Virus record (IMG/VR): IMGVR_UViG_3300013006_000018
DNA length: 64,000 nt
Origin: a virus
Strand: one strand, 5' to 3'
The notes under the pieces were generated by a model. The model had not been told where the DNA came from. It searched no databases and saw only the letters and a program-made list of their open reading frames with translations. Shown here in pieces: positions 59,781 through 64,000 of the stretch. The stretch's first letter is position 1; each line of letters starts with the position of its first letter. A program made the position numbers and the translations under genes.

Positions 59781-59794
59781 CTAACTTTGTAAAA

Positions 59795-60484
59795 CTAGTA
59801 CCGCTTGTGTTGTGTTAGGGTGTAAGAGAGCGAATCATTAAGTAGTTCCGCCCATTCAACTCTTTGGGTATTAGTTATTGCCTTGTAATTACAATGTACG
59901 ATAAGATGTATTCTTAGTTCGCTACTACCATTATAAACAATATGCTCATTACTAGTATCCAGCATAAACGCCTGTCCAGTACTAAGCGGAACATAACCAT
60001 AACCTTTCATTTTAAAGATACAGTTTTTAGGGTTATTGAGAGCTATATTAATAGGCGCTAAAGTTTTTTTAGGCATATCAACGTGTGGTTCTATATATCC
60101 TCCAGGCTCAAGAAGCATATATCTGACTCTAAAGAAACCGGTACCAAAAAAGGTCTTTTTTAAGAAATTTACTGCTATAGGGCACTTATTTGAAATGTCA
60201 GTAAACTGATATGGTACTTTATCTTGATCTAAATTTTTATACTCGTCATAATGCGTATAGTCGTATATATGGCTCGATGTTATGCCATGAATACATAGTG
60301 ACTTCCACCCCTTGCTATTTGTTTCACGGTATTCGGTAAAATGTTCTTTGAGCTTAATTGCCTCTTCATACATCTGCTCTGCGGGTACATCAATATTAAG
60401 CTTTATCCATGGTAAACAGCTTTCTAACAAAAACCATTCTACGTCCGGCTCTTGAAATATAAACTGTTTAATTTTGCTCGTCAT
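59795..60484 (-). CDS. Asp/Asn beta-hydroxylase-like 2OG-Fe(II) oxygenase
   Basis: WKSLCIHG, RVRYMLLEPGGYIEPHVD, HIVYN..R.HLIV. Confidence 0.82.
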   Translation of the reverse strand: MTSKIKQFIFQEPDVEWFLLESCLPWIKLNIDVPAEQMYEEAIKLKEHFTEYRETNSKGWKSLCIHGITSSHIYDYTHYDEYKNLDQDKVPYQFTDISNKCPIAVNFLKKTFFGTGFFRVRYMLLEPGGYIEPHVDMPKKTLAPINIALNNPKNCIFKMKGYGYVPLSTGQAFMLDTSNEHIVYNGSSELRIHLIVHCNYKAITNTQRVEWAELLNDSLSYTLTQHKRY

Positions 60485-60520
60485 TCTATATATATTAATT
60501 GAAGTGAGATATAATTCAAA

Positions 60521-61192
60521 TTGTATGCAATGAAAATTAACAGTGTCTACAACAATAGTATCTCATCATTTATTGGCCTGAATTGCCAAGATGATAAAAT
60601 TATATCTGTAAAAAAATATTTTATTGTAAACAAAGATTTATTTTTGAATTTTGCGCTACAGGCATTTAAACTAAACTTAACGTTAGATAATATTGATCAC
60701 AGCAAAGAGGTCGGTATTAAGAATGGTGGTTGTATTTGCTTTAAGCATACAAAACAAAAAGATTATCAAGCTATCTATTATAAAGAAGCTTCAAAACAAT
60801 ACAAACCTTATGAAGATTATCATTTAAATGCTTTTGAAAAGGCAGATAATTTGTTGTTTTTTAAGAAATATTTTTATACAAAAAATCGGCAATTCATCAA
60901 TAAAGCAATGACCGAATATGGTATTAAGCATAAGAACTTTGATGCTCTTGAAGTATGCACAGGCACTAGCTATAGAAATAGACAGCAAAGTATGAAGATG
61001 GCTATCATAGACGAAAAAACTAACTTTAAAAAAGTATCAGTTTTTAGTAAGCCATTTAAAAACATAAATATACCTAATAGGATATATATAGCTTATGGAA
61101 AAGATCGGTATAATAATACAGAGAGTCATTACTTTACGAATGGGCTAACTTGGCAGCTGCCTGCAGCATTAATATATGATGAAATTATTTAA
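60521..61192 (+). CDS. hypothetical protein
   Basis: 223-aa ORF. Confidence 0.6.
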   Translation: MYAMKINSVYNNSISSFIGLNCQDDKIISVKKYFIVNKDLFLNFALQAFKLNLTLDNIDHSKEVGIKNGGCICFKHTKQKDYQAIYYKEASKQYKPYEDYHLNAFEKADNLLFFKKYFYTKNRQFINKAMTEYGIKHKNFDALEVCTGTSYRNRQQSMKMAIIDEKTNFKKVSVFSKPFKNINIPNRIYIAYGKDRYNNTESHYFTNGLTWQLPAALIYDEII

Positions 61193-61763
61193 ACAGCTTA
61201 AAGATTATCCGGAATTTGATCCATTTCTAAAGAATCTCAATTCAATTGCAGCTGAATATGAAACTTTTATAAAGAGTAATGTGTTTTCAATAACACACGA
61301 AAAGACGATTGAATGGATTAAACAACAAGAGAATAATGAGCAATACTATTCCGGGGGTGGTAATGCAAAAGATTGGGCGGTGCTGCCGCTCTACAAGGAC
61401 ATAATTTGTTACCCTAACGAATTCCCGATTACTAATAATCTAATCAGGCGATGTAAGAAGGTAAACTTTGCGGGTTTTTTCTGTCTAAAAGCAATGCAAA
61501 GTATCCCTTACCATAAGCACAATACTAGAACAGTAATTATGCATGTAAATTTATTTCTACTTTCGGGAGGTAAAGCTTATACCTATTTAGATGAAAGTAT
61601 TAATGGTGATCCAAATACTACGGATAATTATAGTACCTATTATGAAAGACGATCCATGGATATCTCAGGAGATCATATAATTTTTGAACCATCACTGTAT
61701 CATAGTGCTAAAAATAGATCAAAAACAGATAGAATTACTTTTGGTATTGAAATAAAAAGATAG
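61176..61763 (+). CDS. Asp/Asn beta-hydroxylase-like cupin oxygenase
   Basis: W.V.PLY, FPIT, IPYHKH, HSAKN...RIT. Confidence 0.75.
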   Translation: MMKLFKQLKDYPEFDPFLKNLNSIAAEYETFIKSNVFSITHEKTIEWIKQQENNEQYYSGGGNAKDWAVLPLYKDIICYPNEFPITNNLIRRCKKVNFAGFFCLKAMQSIPYHKHNTRTVIMHVNLFLLSGGKAYTYLDESINGDPNTTDNYSTYYERRSMDISGDHIIFEPSLYHSAKNRSKTDRITFGIEIKR

Positions 61764-62481
61764 CTGGCAAAGCAATGTGTGCATCGGTCTTCGCTATTTG
61801 AGGTATCATTTTACCATAATCCGATAGTGTAGAGTCTTCATAATATAAATAATTTTTAGCGTATTTTTTATTGTTAATTTCTAGATATTGCTCACCGTTT
61901 ACCTTTTTGTATATTAATTGAAATCCCGATTTTTGAAAGTTTTTAACAGTATCGTGCGGCGATTCCAAGTACATACCTATATCACTAACAAATGCGTCCC
62001 ATTGTTTTTTATTGTAATCCTCCTGTAAGAACCAATCAATAATTAAGACATGGCCACCCGGTTTTAAGATACGGGATAGTTCGCTTAATAATTTTTTTCT
62101 ATCGTATGAATGGGAGTATGACTCTGAGAAGAGAATTATGTCCGCCGAACTATTGCCTAGCTCTGTATCATGATAATCTTTGTTTAATAGAGTGACATTC
62201 AGTAGGTTATTATTTTTTTTAATAAAGTCGAGATGCCTCTTATCTGAGTTTACTAAAGTAAAATTAATCTTTGTGTATTTTTTGGCAAATTCTAATGTCG
62301 GTTTACCTATCCCGCAGCCAAAATCATAGAAGGTGGTATCTTTATTTTTAAGATGAAGAGCTTTTTCAATAAAACTATTACATTGCTGATATGTCTTTTC
62401 AAATTTATAGCCCTGTAATCTGCCTCCCGAATTAACCAGACCAGGCCATAGGGGTGTAAATTTTTGGTAAAACTTCTCCAT
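61735..62481 (-). CDS. class I SAM-dependent methyltransferase
   Basis: DFGCGIG, ES.SH, RILKPGG.V.I.DW. Confidence 0.88.
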   Translation of the reverse strand: MEKFYQKFTPLWPGLVNSGGRLQGYKFEKTYQQCNSFIEKALHLKNKDTTFYDFGCGIGKPTLEFAKKYTKINFTLVNSDKRHLDFIKKNNNLLNVTLLNKDYHDTELGNSSADIILFSESYSHSYDRKKLLSELSRILKPGGHVLIIDWFLQEDYNKKQWDAFVSDIGMYLESPHDTVKNFQKSGFQLIYKKVNGEQYLEINNKKYAKNYLYYEDSTLSDYGKMIPQIAKTDAHIALPAIFLFQYQK

Positions 62482-62552
62482 AGCCTTAAAATGTGAGCTA
62501 GTATTAATAGGAATTATATTTAACTCAAAACTATATTGTGCAATATGGCATC

Positions 62553-62768
62553 TTACAGGTTAGTCGTACCCAAGAGATCCTTAAACATTATAATATAATA
62601 ATTTTTAATGTTAGTTACCTCACAAGGTGTGCATACCCCGAGAGTTTCTACGAAACTTACTCTCTTTTTATATTCTTTACGGAGTTTTATACAATTCTTT
62701 ATTTCAACAGGGCACGGCAAGTCAAAATTAAAGAAATTTTCTGCTATTTTATAAACATTATTCACCAT
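62553..62768 (-). CDS. small 4-Cys protein, paralogue of 55157..55378
   Basis: FF...LPCP..I..C..LR..Y....GVCTPC....K..Y. Confidence 0.7.
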   Translation of the reverse strand: MVNNVYKIAENFFNFDLPCPVEIKNCIKLRKEYKKRVSFVETLGVCTPCEVTNIKNYYIIMFKDLLGTTNL

Positions 62769-63555
62769 AGAATTGCTTGGCTTCTAAGAAGTATTTATTA
62801 TAAAGATTGTTAAGCTTAGCTTTTAAAAAATCTGACAAAAAGTTGTTTACATAACTAGAGAAATACAGCTTATTTTCGGTAAAGCTATATTTCTCGAGAC
62901 CTATAAAATGAATTATCTTAGCAATATCTATATTTTCTAGAGTTAGTAAATCTGTAGTAAGATTGTAGGGTTGTGGTAGGAAGTTTATATGGTCTTTAAA
63001 GCAAAGATTTAATGGTTCTTGATTGCCGTTAAACTTTTTCTTCTTACAAAGCTTTAATAAGGTATTAGCATATTTAGCTCTTAAAAATTCGTTTGGAATA
63101 AGCATGACACCTGCATTGAAACCTTCAAACTTATCATCAAAATAGTACTTATTTGTAATTTTATTCAAACTGCAGGCACTAAATTTGTCTGTATGAAAGA
63201 TGTCCATTAGGTTTGATGTAACAAGAATATCTGTATCTAGATAGAGTATATTCTTATATTTGTTGAGCTTAAAGATTTCAAATCTATAAGCAGGTGATAA
63301 CTTCCAGTCTCGTTGATCTGTAAATGTAATATCTGCATACTTCTTAACATTTATTTCATGTATAAAAATGGCCTTAAACTTAAATTTTTCAAGTATTGGG
63401 TAAAATAAGCTCTCGTCACCAGGGGGACAAAATAAGTTTATGTCTAGAGTTGAGACATCGTTATTAACACTCAAGCTGTATAACGCTATTTTTAATAGAT
63501 CGAGATAGTAATTTGAATTGACTACAAATACTAAAGAAGAATCATTTTTTTTCAC
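62758..63555 (-). CDS. glycosyltransferase family 8
   Basis: YRF, ILYLDTDILV, FNAGVMLI, Q..LN, IIHF.G. Confidence 0.88.
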   Translation of the reverse strand: MKKNDSSLVFVVNSNYYLDLLKIALYSLSVNNDVSTLDINLFCPPGDESLFYPILEKFKFKAIFIHEINVKKYADITFTDQRDWKLSPAYRFEIFKLNKYKNILYLDTDILVTSNLMDIFHTDKFSACSLNKITNKYYFDDKFEGFNAGVMLIPNEFLRAKYANTLLKLCKKKKFNGNQEPLNLCFKDHINFLPQPYNLTTDLLTLENIDIAKIIHFIGLEKYSFTENKLYFSSYVNNFLSDFLKAKLNNLYNKYFLEAKQFYGE

Positions 63556-64000
63556 AGGAAAATCCCTTCTTTTCTAGCCAATATGGAAAGCTATATTTTT
63601 TAAGAGTGTTAGTCAAGCAAAATTTATACTCTTTATTTTTTATATTTGACGATAACCATAGGAACTCCTGGACAAGGTCTTTATCTAAAAACGGGTAACG
63701 TGTTTCAATACCAAATGACCCTAATATTTTTTCGTCTTTTTCGAGGTATTTCTGCATAGTACCACCGTAAAAGTTTTTCCAAGGGAAAACAGTAGATAGG
63801 TCTTCAGGATATAACCCACCAAAACAGCTATTGTTAGTAAATTTTTCACCATTAAAGCCGTAATCAGAGTATATCTCATCCCCGCCGGTGCCTGATAAGA
63901 AGATCTTTACACTCTTTTCATTACAATATCTGCCTATGTATGATAAACAACATGACGAAGAGTCTTGAAAGTAGTCATAATCTAGGTATGGCTTGGGTTC
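63542..64000 (-). CDS. asparagine synthetase-like (ATP-PPase) protein, C-terminal part, truncated by the window
   Basis: Frame open from 64000: LSGTGGDEIYSDYG ... GIETRYPFLD. Confidence 0.85.
   Translation of the reverse strand, partial: EPKPYLDYDYFQDSSSCCLSYIGRYCNEKSVKIFLSGTGGDEIYSDYGFNGEKFTNNSCFGGLYPEDLSTVFPWKNFYGGTMQKYLEKDEKILGSFGIETRYPFLDKDLVQEFLWLSSNIKNKEYKFCLTNTLKKYSFPYWLEKKGFSCEKK

Noticed and set aside
1-64000. Stop-codon reassignment, as seen in some large phages
   Set aside because: Code 11 gives dense, full-length genes; TAG and TGA end genes at coupled junctions; no suppressor tRNA seen.

Overview
This is a 64-kb slice of a large, AT-rich dsDNA tailed phage genome, probably jumbo/T4-like, read in the standard genetic code. 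No capsid, terminase or polymerase gene lies in the window. The phage call rests on tailspike/fibre genes, a GH108 endolysin cassette, T4-type TAAATA late promoters, 14 tRNAs and a tmRNA. In order, the window holds: (i) beta-helix/fibre genes, including a 3057-aa protein with four tandem tailspike-like modules; (ii) a lysis cassette; (iii) a tRNA group with a free-standing PD-(D/E)XK endonuclease and a long-variable-arm tRNA(UAU); (iv) Thr/Pro-rich putative virion proteins and an S74-chaperoned fibre; (v) a MoxR-AAA/vWA/metallopeptidase operon; (vi) more structural genes, a tmRNA with a 33-aa tag and a 9-tRNA array; (vii) a seven-gene glycosyltransferase block headed by a GT60-like enzyme; (viii) an AT-rich island of radical-SAM, 2OG-Fe(II) oxygenase, methyltransferase, GT8 and asparagine-synthetase-like genes. 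The best candidate for a new system is a modular virion-display architecture (shared N-terminal anchor, mucin-like Thr/Pro stalk, variable payload or docking peptide) paired with a phage-encoded GT60-initiated O-glycosylation pathway. Also notable are near-universal leaderless transcription units with leaderless uORFs, a trpL-like WWR leader before tRNA(UAU), and a stand-alone Xre/MbcA antitoxin domain. All family assignments come from motif recognition by eye, not database searches. A Gram-negative host (possibly PVC group) is inference only.
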